In this document: positions 18,709 through 28,353 of the stretch, one piece after another
Numbering within the stretch: position 1 is the stretch's first letter
How the letters are laid out: every line of letters starts with the position of its first letter
Origin: a virus
Lineage: Duplodnaviria > Caudoviricetes
Strand: one strand, 5' to 3'
Length of the DNA: 64,000 bases
Virus record (IMG/VR): IMGVR_UViG_3300031867_000034
Location: 1-64,000 of that record
The notes under the pieces: model-generated
Told to the model about the DNA's origin: nothing
The model's database searches: none
What the model saw: the letters and a program-made list of their open reading frames with translations, nothing else
Made by a program: the position numbers and the translations under genes

Positions 18709-21117
18709 ATGGCAAGTTATATTGTAACGGATAGGATAAGAGTAAATATTGTTCATAGCTTTGCAGTACCACCAAGAGTAAAGTGTGAGCAATATGATGG
18801 TGATTATACAAAGCTAATTCAAGCGATTGTTTATAATGGTGATGTTTTGTATAACATTCCAAGTGCTGTTAGACGTATTGTTGTTTCCGGTTTAAAGCCC
18901 GATGGTAATGGCTTTTCTTATGATTGCACATGGAGCGGCAACACAGTTTCTTTCTCACTGATGAGGCAAATGACTGCTGTTAATGGTGATGTGCCATGTA
19001 ATATAACAATGTTTGATTCAGAAAACAATCAAGTTTCATCGGCTGTTTTTGTTCTTGATGTTGAAAAAGCCGCTCTCCCTTCTGATGTCGTGGTATCATC
19101 TAATGATTTTCAGACTTTTGTTGATTATGTACAAGCGGCAAATTTATATTGGCAATACTCTAAATCTTATGCCGTTGGTAATACCGGTATTAGAAGCGGA
19201 GAAAATACTGATAATAGCCAATATTATGCACACCTTGCAAGGATGTATAATGGTGCCCCACGTAAAGCCGCAACAGCTAGTGCTATGACCGATGTTACCA
19301 AGATTTATGTATATGTTGGTTCAGAGAGTGGATATAACAATGGGCATTGGTATTTTTACAATGATTCCGAATGGGAAGATGGCGGCGTTTATAATGCGCA
19401 AGGACAGCAAACAGATACAGAATTTATAATACCCGGCATTGCGGCGGATGCGGAGGCTGTTGGCAATATATTAGGGCATGAAACGCTTGCTACACAAGCA
19501 CAAACTTTAATTGGTGGAATTAATGAAATTGCTAATCAGCTTGTTACACCACAAATGTTTGGTGCTAAAGGTGATGGAGTTACAGATGATACAGCCGCTT
19601 TTACAGCTTTAATAGCTTATTTAGATAGCCTTATTACTTCAAGAAATATGCATGATTATAGACCTGGTGGATATAAAGGTGGTGTTACACTTCATATCCC
19701 AAGCGGTACATATATTTTAAGTGAGCCATTTGTAATACCATCTTTTATCAAGGTTGTTGGTGATGGAAATGATAGCACCTTTTTAAAATTTTCATCTAGT
19801 GAGTATGGTATATCATTAGATGGTAAACCATATAACGGCTTAAAAACATATAGTGGCTCTATTAGCGATATTTGTATTGTTATGGATGGCACTGGTATTG
19901 GTTTATCAAATGCCGAGCTATCTACATCTATAACAAATCAGAACACTATATCGGATGCAGAATTTTCTAATATTCGTATTACTAATGCTAAAGCTGGTGT
20001 ACTAATACAAGGTGCTTGGAACTCTTTATTTGACCATATTGTCTGTGAGGGTTGTTCCTTTGGCTTTATCATGGATAGAAATGCGTTTGATGGTGGCAAT
20101 AATAATAATAGGCTTATCAATTATATGGGTACAAGTTGTAAAAATTGCGGACTATGGTGTGGTGCAAGTGGCTTGTATACCGAAAATCTAAATGTTGAAG
20201 CCATAGGAAATGTATGGCAAGGGGAATACTCAGATGAAAATATTACAGTAAATGGTAAAACATATTCAACTGAAAATCCTTGTGCTGTATATATTACTGG
20301 AACTGTTAGAGCAGATTTTATATCACCTTGGTTTGAACGTATTACTACTGTTAATGAAAATATCAATACTTACGCATTTTTATTTGCTAACTTGGACTCT
20401 GATGCAAATAATTATCCATTAACACGTGTTACTATTGATTCTCCACATTTTAATAATGATGTGTATAGACCAATTAAGTGTGATGGTAGTGCATATTTAT
20501 ATGTATCTAAAGTGTTTAGAAACCTTGGAGATTATCCTTTAGCAGAACTGACGAATGTTAGCCCTTATGGTATGTATATTTTTAGAGATATGACACAGTA
20601 TCAAGCTGATACAGTAACAGCAAGCCCCGTAGCAACTTATAATCAAATTATATTTGAAAATATAAGAGCAGAAATGGGTGTTACTGGTGTTATTAACACA
20701 TACCTTAATAGTAATTCAAAGGCAACAGTAATTGATAGGTCGTATTACAAATATGCCAGCAATTCAGCTTACAACTGTGAGCAATATAAAGCATTTAATA
20801 CAGGAATTAAAGCAATTAGCCATGTTACTAACAGTGTTGTCAATATGAAAGAATATTATGGTGACAGTAAAGCAATAGGCTTGCCATTAAATGTTGGTAA
20901 TGTTCAAGTTTCAAATGGCACAACTACAGTTGATATAATCCACCAAACAGATAAAACAAACTATTGTGTTATGTTTATTGCCGAGGATGCCACAGCCGCA
21001 CAAACATTAAAAGAGGGGTATTATATTTCTACAAAGGCATGGAATAAATTTACAGTTACATTTAATCGAGCATTTTCAGCGGATGCCACGTTGCATTATT
21101 TTGTAATGACTTCATAA
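18709..21117 (+). CDS. BppU-like baseplate protein fused to a pectate-lyase-like beta-helix tailspike
   Basis: N-terminal QYD..KPDG BppU-type domain; VTPQMFGAKGDGVTDDTAAF beta-helix start. Confidence 0.8.
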   Translation: MASYIVTDRIRVNIVHSFAVPPRVKCEQYDGDYTKLIQAIVYNGDVLYNIPSAVRRIVVSGLKPDGNGFSYDCTWSGNTVSFSLMRQMTAVNGDVPCNITMFDSENNQVSSAVFVLDVEKAALPSDVVVSSNDFQTFVDYVQAANLYWQYSKSYAVGNTGIRSGENTDNSQYYAHLARMYNGAPRKAATASAMTDVTKIYVYVGSESGYNNGHWYFYNDSEWEDGGVYNAQGQQTDTEFIIPGIAADAEAVGNILGHETLATQAQTLIGGINEIANQLVTPQMFGAKGDGVTDDTAAFTALIAYLDSLITSRNMHDYRPGGYKGGVTLHIPSGTYILSEPFVIPSFIKVVGDGNDSTFLKFSSSEYGISLDGKPYNGLKTYSGSISDICIVMDGTGIGLSNAELSTSITNQNTISDAEFSNIRITNAKAGVLIQGAWNSLFDHIVCEGCSFGFIMDRNAFDGGNNNNRLINYMGTSCKNCGLWCGASGLYTENLNVEAIGNVWQGEYSDENITVNGKTYSTENPCAVYITGTVRADFISPWFERITTVNENINTYAFLFANLDSDANNYPLTRVTIDSPHFNNDVYRPIKCDGSAYLYVSKVFRNLGDYPLAELTNVSPYGMYIFRDMTQYQADTVTASPVATYNQIIFENIRAEMGVTGVINTYLNSNSKATVIDRSYYKYASNSAYNCEQYKAFNTGIKAISHVTNSVVNMKEYYGDSKAIGLPLNVGNVQVSNGTTTVDIIHQTDKTNYCVMFIAEDATAAQTLKEGYYISTKAWNKFTVTFNRAFSADATLHYFVMTS

Positions 21118-21125
21118 AGAAAACA

Positions 21126-21167
21126 AAAGGGGCAACCACTATATTTTGTGGTTGCTTCTTTCCTTTT
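21126..21167 (+). terminator. Intrinsic terminator after the tail module
   Basis: GCAACCAC-N8-GTGGTTGC followed by T-rich tract. Confidence 0.75.
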
Positions 21168-21208
21168 ATGCTATAATTTGCTTAGATAATAGTTGATATT
21201 TTGAACAT

Positions 21209-21538
21209 ATGGGGGATTTTCTTATGGCAGAACCAAGTTATGTAACACAAAATGAATTTAACCTTGCTACAAAGAGAATAGATGAAGAAAATAAAAGGCA
21301 AAATGAGCGGTTGCAAAGCTTGGAAACAAATTATGCCATTGTAAATCAATTATCTATTCATATGGAGCGGCTTGCATCCAACATGGAGGCTATGGCAAAA
21401 GAACTTGCCAGGCAAGGTTTAAAACTTGATGATTTGGAAATGAAACCATCAAAACGATGGGATTTAATTGTTACATCAATCATTACCGGATTAGCCGGAG
21501 CCTTTATTGGATTACTGATTAAAGGATGGATGCTGTGA
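21209..21538 (+). CDS. Coiled-coil plus C-terminal TM protein (lysis-associated)
   Basis: One C-terminal hydrophobic helix; upstream of the holin. Confidence 0.6.
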   Translation: MGDFLMAEPSYVTQNEFNLATKRIDEENKRQNERLQSLETNYAIVNQLSIHMERLASNMEAMAKELARQGLKLDDLEMKPSKRWDLIVTSIITGLAGAFIGLLIKGWML

Positions 21539-21762
21539 GAAAAAGAAAAAACAAGGTTCCTAAAAAGATTGATAAAATTGTAAAGGGCGTTTGCATCTAT
21601 TGGGTAACATTTGTTGCGGTTGCCTGGATTACGTTTTGGGTAAAAGATAGTGTGCCGGATTCTCTTATACAATTTGGGCTTGGGGGTTCAGTATTAGAAC
21701 TTGTAATGACGGCTTTAATTGAAATTGCAAGGGATAAATACAACAAAGAAGAAAATGAATAA
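21526..21762 (+). CDS. Two-TM small membrane protein
   Basis: Two hydrophobic segments. Confidence 0.6.
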   Translation: MDAVRKRKNKVPKKIDKIVKGVCIYWVTFVAVAWITFWVKDSVPDSLIQFGLGGSVLELVMTALIEIARDKYNKEENE

Positions 21763-21803
21763 CATATGCCAAGGATAGTGATTTAAGGAAGAAGGTGGTT
21801 TAA

Positions 21804-22151
21804 TTGACTTGGTTTTTAAACAATTGGAGTTTTCTTGTTGTTGTGGTATGTGCCATTGGGGCAATTGTTATATATCTCAATAGGTTTATTGCCCTTCCAT
21901 CCGGCGAACAGCTTAACAAGGTTAAACAATGGCTTTTGTATGCTGTTATTGAGGCGGAAAAGCAATACCAGGGTGGCACCGGGGCATTAAAACTAAGAGC
22001 GGTATATAATGAGTTTTGCAAGGTATTCCCAAGCCTTGTGCCTATTATATCATTTGCGGTATTTTCCGAACTTGTTGATGAAGCATTGGAACAAATGAGG
22101 CATCTTTTAGAAACCAATTTAGATATTGCAAATTATATTGAGGGCGAGTAA
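21804..22151 (+). CDS. Holin, LL-H-like
   Basis: N-terminal TM; LLYAVIEAEK..GGTG.LKL motif; adjacent to the lysin. Confidence 0.7.
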   Translation: MTWFLNNWSFLVVVVCAIGAIVIYLNRFIALPSGEQLNKVKQWLLYAVIEAEKQYQGGTGALKLRAVYNEFCKVFPSLVPIISFAVFSELVDEALEQMRHLLETNLDIANYIEGE

Positions 22152-22817
22152 ATGAGTGTAATGATTTGCCATGCTTCAATAGATGAAAACGGAAGAGCCA
22201 AGGGCGGAAAAGCCGCCGACCAAACCGGAAAAGAAGTGTGCATCCGTACATGGTACAATAAGCCATGGGGATGTGTTATAAGGTTTAAGGATGCCAAGAT
22301 GGCGGAAAAGGTTGCCGCTTGCATGGAAATGGCGGCAAAGAATAACCATATTGGCTATGACCAAAACCAAAGAAACACACTTCTTACCAAAGCCAGGAAA
22401 TACAATTACAATGTTTCCAAGGTTGCGGAAGATTGCGAAACGGATTGTAGTGCCCTTGTATCTGTTGCTTGCATGTATGCCGGCATTCCGGAAAGTATGC
22501 TTACACTAAATGGAAATTGTGCCACAACAAGAACATTGCGCCCTATTCTTAAGGCATCCGGCGAAGTGGATGTATTTACAACACCACTTTACACATCCAA
22601 GCCGGATAAGCTGATAAGAGGCGATATTCTTTTAAAAGAAGGGGCACATGTTGCGGTGGTGGTAAAAGGGAATCAAAGCACAAAGAGCCTGGATGAAATT
22701 GCCAAAGAGGTAATTGCTCTTAAGTGGGGCACCGGCATTGAACGGAAACAGAGATTAAAAGCCGCCGGCTATAATCCGGAGGAAGTACAAAAAAGAGTTA
22801 ATGAGTTGTTAAAATGA
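22152..22817 (+). CDS. Endolysin: NlpC/P60-CHAP-like peptidase plus Cpl-7 (CW_7) domain
   Basis: GYDQ..R, DCSALV, GDILLKEGAHV; C-terminal IAKEVI..KWG.G..RKQRL..AGYN. Confidence 0.85.
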   Translation: MSVMICHASIDENGRAKGGKAADQTGKEVCIRTWYNKPWGCVIRFKDAKMAEKVAACMEMAAKNNHIGYDQNQRNTLLTKARKYNYNVSKVAEDCETDCSALVSVACMYAGIPESMLTLNGNCATTRTLRPILKASGEVDVFTTPLYTSKPDKLIRGDILLKEGAHVAVVVKGNQSTKSLDEIAKEVIALKWGTGIERKQRLKAAGYNPEEVQKRVNELLK

Positions 22818-22875
22818 TAGCTGATATTTCATTAAATCCATGTTATTATTCATGGTACAAAGGAGGGATAATTAC

Positions 22876-23139
22876 ATGGATGAAAAGATGATACCTTATA
22901 TTGCATTTGAGAGTGCCACATCAAGGCAAGAGAGAACCATTAAGCGGCTATGGATATTGTGTTTGGTGCTGATAATAGCACTTCTTGGCACTAATGCCGG
23001 ATGGATTTTCTATGAATCACAATGGCAAGTAGTAGAAACAACCACAGTTACACAAGATTTAGATGCGAGTGATGGCGGCGATGCTGTTATAAATGATGGG
23101 GTGCATATAAATGGCGAGAGCGAGGCAAACAGTAACTAA
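22876..23139 (+). CDS. Single-TM membrane protein
   Basis: RBS GGAGGG before MDEKM; hydrophobic helix LWILCLVLIIALLG. Start chosen from the RBS. Confidence 0.6.
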   Translation: MDEKMIPYIAFESATSRQERTIKRLWILCLVLIIALLGTNAGWIFYESQWQVVETTTVTQDLDASDGGDAVINDGVHINGESEANSN

Positions 23140-23245
23140 GAGCAAATCAAGGCAAAAGAAAACCGGCGGCAATTCCGGATATATTCAATGTAACATGTGT
23201 AAAGGTAGCGGAAGAATCCGAAATTGGCATAAGAACAAAAAATGA
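23111..23245 (+). CDS. 44-aa highly basic peptide with CxxCxGxG (not in ORF track)
   Basis: MARARQTVTKSKSRQKKTGGNSGYIQCNMCKGSGRIRNWHKNKK; stop overlaps the next ATG. Confidence 0.55.
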   Translation: MARARQTVTKSKSRQKKTGGNSGYIQCNMCKGSGRIRNWHKNKK

Positions 23246-23457
23246 TTGAGTATAGCAATTCAGAGATAACCAGGATAATCAATGAATATATCCATAATGA
23301 GCGCAACCGGAAATTGCTTTTAAGGCGTTATGTGGATGGCGTAACTTTGGAGAGATTAGCGGAAGAATTTGATTTATCGGTTAGGCAAGCAAAGAATATA
23401 ATATACAACAATGAAGATGTGATATTTAAGCATCTAGGTAAAGGAAAAGAGCAATGA
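23242..23457 (+). CDS. Sigma-70 region-4-like HTH protein
   Basis: RYVDGVTLERLAEEFDLSVRQ HTH motif. Confidence 0.7.
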   Translation: MIEYSNSEITRIINEYIHNERNRKLLLRRYVDGVTLERLAEEFDLSVRQAKNIIYNNEDVIFKHLGKGKEQ

Positions 23458-23481
23458 GTGATAAGCCCATTGCTCTTTTTT
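23445..23481. terminator. Bidirectional intrinsic terminator
   Basis: AAAAGAGCAATG-N11-CATTGCTCTTTTTT. Confidence 0.8.
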
Positions 23482-23638
23482 GCGTATTTCTATGATTTAT
23501 TTGGAGTGTTGTGGGGATATGGAAGGGGGATTCCATAAACTTATATTTATTATATCATAAAATTCTCTTTTGTTAAGTAGTCAATAATTGCCCATTTATT
23601 TCCTTTTATGGGCACTTTTCCCAACCTAAAATTGAATC

Positions 23639-23863
23639 ATGGATATTGTAAGAAATAGTGTAAATAGATTGGTTAGTATCGGATATGGTGATGCCGAGGC
23701 ATGGCGCATAGTTAAGGACTTTTTGAAAAATTACTATGGCTCAAAGGAACTAACCGAATTTATCGAAGAAAAGGAAAAAGAGAATGTGGATAGAATACAA
23801 TCCAAGCCCGGTAGGTGCCCGTGTGGGGGATTGTGCGGTTCGTGCAATTGCAAAGGCTCTTAA
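23639..23863 (+). CDS. Hypothetical protein
   Basis: ORF overlapping the next gene; first gene of the spore-coat-like operon. Confidence 0.5.
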   Translation: MDIVRNSVNRLVSIGYGDAEAWRIVKDFLKNYYGSKELTEFIEEKEKENVDRIQSKPGRCPCGGLCGSCNCKGS

Positions 23864-24179
23864 TACAACATGGGAAAAGGCATATTTACTTTTAGTTGTT
23901 AATGGCTTTGCTATGGGAGATATGCCAAGTGCAAATAATGTAATAGGCTCAGTATTAAGGCAACATGGTTTTAAAAGGGCAAATATACCAAGCGATTGCC
24001 CAGATTGTTTAACAATCAAAGAATTTTGCAAAGATAATCAACGAGGAATATTTGTAATTGGAACCGGAACACATGTTGTTGCTGTTGATTCCGGAAATTA
24101 CTATGATGCATGGAATAGTGGAAATGAATATGTTTCTTATGTGTGGTATTTGCAAAATCCACCTATTTTCTATATATAG
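23784..24179 (+). CDS. Putative papain-fold cysteine peptidase
   Basis: GDCAVRAIA (Cys), GTHVVAV (His), YYDAWNS (Asp/Asn). Confidence 0.55.
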   Translation: MWIEYNPSPVGARVGDCAVRAIAKALNTTWEKAYLLLVVNGFAMGDMPSANNVIGSVLRQHGFKRANIPSDCPDCLTIKEFCKDNQRGIFVIGTGTHVVAVDSGNYYDAWNSGNEYVSYVWYLQNPPIFYI

Positions 24180-24208
24180 CACATTTCTTTAAAAAAAGGA
24201 GGCTTTAA

Positions 24209-24700
24209 ATGGCTTATAACAATTTCTATCCACAGTATTATCAACCAATGCAAAATCAAGCATTTCAACAGAACTATCCACAAAATCAAGCATTTCAGCA
24301 ACAACCACAAAACTATCAACAACAGAACATGGCGCAGAATATGCCACAGAATCAACCGCAAATACAGAATGGCGGATTTATGCAGATTCCTACCGAGGAA
24401 ATGGCAAGGAGTTATCCGGTAGCACCTGGAAATTGCGTTACCTTCAAGATTGAGGGCAAACCGATTGTAATGGAAAAATCTATGGGATTTTCACAGCTTG
24501 AAGCACCAAGGATTGATAGGTATAGACTTGTTCGTGAAGAAGATGCCCCAAATGAGCAAAATTTGCCCCAAAATGAGCCAAAAAATAATCCAACAGAGAA
24601 TGAAACCATTAAAGGGTTAAAAGATGAAATAAAGGCTTTAAATGAAGAATTAGAGGATGTTAAAAAGCGGTTACATGAATTGGAGGATGTGGGAGCATGA
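24209..24700 (+). CDS. Q/N-rich low-complexity protein
   Basis: QNQAFQQ repeats; RBS GGAGG. Confidence 0.75.
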   Translation: MAYNNFYPQYYQPMQNQAFQQNYPQNQAFQQQPQNYQQQNMAQNMPQNQPQIQNGGFMQIPTEEMARSYPVAPGNCVTFKIEGKPIVMEKSMGFSQLEAPRIDRYRLVREEDAPNEQNLPQNEPKNNPTENETIKGLKDEIKALNEELEDVKKRLHELEDVGA

Positions 24701-24924
24701 ACAACATAAATCAGATTATGAACATGTACCAACAGTTGAGAAGTAATCCAATGCAATTACTTGCAAAGCGCTTTAATTTGCCCCAGGGCATGAACATAAA
24801 TAATCCAAATGATATTATTCAGCATCTTCTTAATACCCAGCAGATTAGCCAACAGCAACTTAATGCGGTTGTTGGAATGAGAGATAATCCATTGATTCAA
24901 CAGCTTATGCAAAGGAAATTCTAA
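24697..24924 (+). CDS. Small Q/N/M-rich protein
   Basis: NPNDIIQHLLN motif; translational coupling to the upstream gene. Confidence 0.7.
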   Translation: MNNINQIMNMYQQLRSNPMQLLAKRFNLPQGMNINNPNDIIQHLLNTQQISQQQLNAVVGMRDNPLIQQLMQRKF

Positions 24925-25016
24925 AGCTATTAAGGCAAGTGCGCATAGCCTTGATATACCGGTTATCCATCAAGTGAGGGTAGCCGCTAACCTTATCAAT
25001 TAAAGGAGGAAAAATT

Positions 25017-25949
25017 ATGGCATTAACAGATGATAACAACGGACTTGGAGCAACAATGCTTGTTAGCCCTACCAACGGAGTGCCTTACTATGGCGGAAAC
25101 ATGGGCGGAGGCTTTGGAAACGGCTTTGGCACAGATTGGGGTTGGATTATATTACTTCTTCTCTTTGCCGGAGGCGGATGGGGAAACGGATTCGGCGGTT
25201 ATGGCGGCGGACAGCTTGGCTATGATTTCCCATGGCTTATGAACGGACAGCAAGGCATTAACAACAATGTTTCTGATGGATTCCGTGATGCACAGCTTCA
25301 CGATTCAGTAACATCGGTTCGTGATGGTATTTCAGCACTTTCCACACAGCTTTGCGGATGTTGCGGCGATATTCAGAACAGCCTTTGCAACGGCTTTAAT
25401 GGTGTAAACATGAGTGTAAACAATGCGCAGAATGCCATTGCACAACAGCTTTACACAAATCAGATTGCCGACCTTAACAGAAGTTTTGATGCACAGACCG
25501 CAACAACAGCCGGCATGAATGCCATTGGCATGAGCCTTCAGAATTGCTGTTGCGAAAACAGAGCCGCAACCGCTGATTTGAAGTACACAATTGCAACCGA
25601 GAATTGCGCCGATAGAGCCGCACTTTCCGATGGTGTAAGAGATATTATTGCAAATCAGACCGCAAGCACACAGAGAATCCTTGACCAACTTTGCCAGGAT
25701 AAGATTGATGCAAAGAATGATGAAATTGCACGACTTAGACAGGAAATTTCAATGAAAGACCTTGCGGCTTCACAAGTGGCGCAGAACGCATTTATTCAGA
25801 ATGGATTTGCGAATGAAGTAGACCAACTCTATAATCGTTTGTCAAATTGCCCAGTTCCTACAACTCCGGTTTATGGTAGGACACCTATTTTCACATGCAA
25901 TCAGAATCAGTGCGGATGCGGATGTAGCGGAAACACCTTTTTTAACTAA
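25017..25949 (+). CDS. Gly/Cys-rich spore-coat-associated-like phage protein
   Basis: Gly-rich segment flanking a hydrophobic helix, QNCCCEN, LCQDKID, C-terminal CGCGC. Confidence 0.7.
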   Translation: MALTDDNNGLGATMLVSPTNGVPYYGGNMGGGFGNGFGTDWGWIILLLLFAGGGWGNGFGGYGGGQLGYDFPWLMNGQQGINNNVSDGFRDAQLHDSVTSVRDGISALSTQLCGCCGDIQNSLCNGFNGVNMSVNNAQNAIAQQLYTNQIADLNRSFDAQTATTAGMNAIGMSLQNCCCENRAATADLKYTIATENCADRAALSDGVRDIIANQTASTQRILDQLCQDKIDAKNDEIARLRQEISMKDLAASQVAQNAFIQNGFANEVDQLYNRLSNCPVPTTPVYGRTPIFTCNQNQCGCGCSGNTFFN

Positions 25950-25960
25950 GGAGGTGTGCT

Positions 25961-26416
25961 ATGGCAGAATATGTAACGACAACAGATGCTTTAGTTGCTC
26001 TTAATGGCACTATTCCATTTAGCGGAGTTTCTATCCCATGCAATACCGGAAATGTTGTTCCGCTTGCGGTTGGGATTCTTAATCTCAAAGGTAGCACATC
26101 CGGCAGATTCGCAAGATACAATGTAAGGGTGCAAGCAAATGTACAGATTCCGGAGGGTGGCGATGTAACACCAATTGCAATCGGAATTGCAATCAATGGT
26201 GCGGTTATTCCGGAAAGCGTTGCAATTGTAACACCGGCGGCGGCTGAAGAGTATTGGCACATTAACACAAGTGCGGTTGTAACAATCCCTTGTGGATGTT
26301 GTGCGACAATATCGGCGGTTTATGTTGATGGTACGGAAGATGATGCGGCAACAACACCAACACCATCCATCCAGGTACGCAGAAATGCATCTATTACAAT
26401 TGAAAGAGTTGCATGA
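25961..26416 (+). CDS. BclA C-terminal-like beta-sandwich protein
   Basis: All-beta pattern, IPCGCC motif; follows the coat-like gene. Confidence 0.5.
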   Translation: MAEYVTTTDALVALNGTIPFSGVSIPCNTGNVVPLAVGILNLKGSTSGRFARYNVRVQANVQIPEGGDVTPIAIGIAINGAVIPESVAIVTPAAAEEYWHINTSAVVTIPCGCCATISAVYVDGTEDDAATTPTPSIQVRRNASITIERVA

Positions 26417-26433
26417 GGAAAGGAGGGCAAAAC

Positions 26434-26859
26434 ATGGACGCACTTTATGATTTAAAGGACAAATTATGTCAAGAGTTGGAAGAATATGGCGATAAAGAAC
26501 TTTCAGCCGGCTCATTGTCAACAATTGATTCCCTTGCGCATACAATCAAGAATCTTGATAAAATCATCGAGAAATACGAAGAAGATGATTATTCCGGCGC
26601 TTATGATGGCTCTTACGATGATGGCAACATGAATAGAAATATGAATGGCACATCACGAAGATATTCTATGCGTAGATATTCCGGAGCAAGAGGCGATGGA
26701 AGAGGCAGAGGCAGAAATGCAAGGCGTGATTCCATGGGCAGATATTCAAGGGATGGCAAAATGATGGCGCAAGAATTAAGGGAACTTATGGAAGATGCGC
26801 CGGATGAAAGAATCAAAATGGAACTTCAAAAAGTGATTCAGAAGGTAGAGAATATGTAA
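26434..26859 (+). CDS. Conserved hypothetical protein with acidic and RG-rich segments
   Basis: RGRGRNARRDSMGRYSR motif; RBS GGAGGG. Confidence 0.7.
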   Translation: MDALYDLKDKLCQELEEYGDKELSAGSLSTIDSLAHTIKNLDKIIEKYEEDDYSGAYDGSYDDGNMNRNMNGTSRRYSMRRYSGARGDGRGRGRNARRDSMGRYSRDGKMMAQELRELMEDAPDERIKMELQKVIQKVENM

Positions 26860-26860
26860 T

Positions 26861-27196
26861 ATGATTACGGAAAAGGATTTAAGGGCGGCAATAGCCGAAT
26901 GCCAGGGCGCAAGAAACCCAAATGCGAATACATGCATAAAATTGGCGGCATTTTATACCATCTTGAATAATCTTTATCCGGAGCAAAAGGAAGAGCCGGT
27001 TGATGTAGGTTATTCCATTATGCCATCATATGAAGAGTATGTGCCCCAAATACGAGCCGGAAGTGAGTTTATGGATGTTTGCTCACAAAAGCCCATAACC
27101 GATGTATTAGAGGTGCTAGATGAACATATGGAGGCAATCAAACTTCTTTACCCAAAAGAATATGATTCTATCATTGAGAAAATCAAAGAGATTTAG
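26861..27196 (+). CDS. Hypothetical protein, last gene of the operon
   Basis: ORF followed by terminator GGAGGCTA-GAAA-TAGCCTCC-TTTT. Confidence 0.7.
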   Translation: MITEKDLRAAIAECQGARNPNANTCIKLAAFYTILNNLYPEQKEEPVDVGYSIMPSYEEYVPQIRAGSEFMDVCSQKPITDVLEVLDEHMEAIKLLYPKEYDSIIEKIKEI

Positions 27197-27249
27197 GAGG
27201 CTAGAAATAGCCTCCTTTTCTTTTTATTTAAAAATACATCAAATAATAG

Positions 27250-27278
27250 TTGACAATCCTATAAAAATAGTTTATATT
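27250..27278 (+). promoter_or_regulatory. Early sigma-A promoter P1
   Basis: TTGACA-17-TATATT; near-duplicate of 33008. Confidence 0.8.
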
Positions 27279-28148
27279 ATAATCAACAAATGATTTAGGA
27301 GGGCAACAAGATGAAGAGATATAGAGTAGAATTTGAATTTATGTATAGAGATCCGGAAATATCTGATGGCAAGTACCACATAGATTACTTGGATAACAAT
27401 GGTGAGGGATTCACATTACAAGAGGCGGAGGATGTTGCCAAGTTTGTGAGAGCAAGTGAAATTCTTTATATAAAGTGGGCTGAAGTGGTAGAAATGGAGG
27501 GATAACATGTTTTGGATATACGATACTAAGGAAAAGAGAACAGCAACAAGAACCGGATGGAGCATCAGATGCAATGCCGAAAGAGTATGCCAGGCAATGA
27601 ACATTAAGCATGAAGGCATTGAAGAAGTTGATAAGCCGGCAAATGAAAGAAGATTCATAATCAAGGAGGCATGAAATGAAAGTGGCTATTGTAAATCTTC
27701 ATGGAATAAAAGATGGCGATAAGGCATATTATAGGAAACTTGGGCTTTGCTATGATTTTGTATCTGATAAAACTATTTCCGGAACGGAATTGACCGAAGC
27801 GGAAGCCATTAATGTTTTGAATCATAAAGACTATTACTTGAAAATGTATGGTGCTGAAAAAATGGTGATTGAATCATAAGGAGGCATGAACATGGTAAGA
27901 ATGTATGGCAAATATAAGTGTTGTGAATGTGGTGAAATATTCCGGGAAAGTGAAATAAAGGTGGTGGAAGAGAACCGGGGAGAGTTTTGGGGATTCCCTT
28001 GCACCGAAAGAATGCATTATAGCCCTTGTTGCATGGCAAGTTTTGAAGAGGCTTATGAAGATGAAGAAGAATTGATTGATGAATAAATTTAAGGTTGTAC
28101 ATCATATCAATCAATAGTATAATAGGTGATAGGAAGGAGGCGAAACAC

Positions 28149-28337
28149 ATGGAATTAAAACAGTATTTAGAAGAACATGGAGTGAATCAGCAAGCACTTG
28201 CAAGGGAATTAAACATTTCCTACCAGGCTTTATATGTTAAGCTGAAGGGCAATGGCAATTTCTCAATCAAGCAAGCCTTGAAGATTAAAGATTTTCTTAG
28301 GCTAACATGGGATGAATTTGTTAAGTTTTTTGGTTGA
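28149..28337 (+). CDS. Cro/XRE-like HTH protein
   Basis: QQALARELNISYQALYVKLKG..FS HTH motif. Confidence 0.8.
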   Translation: MELKQYLEEHGVNQQALARELNISYQALYVKLKGNGNFSIKQALKIKDFLRLTWDEFVKFFG

Positions 28338-28353
28338 TATGGAAGGGGATTTC

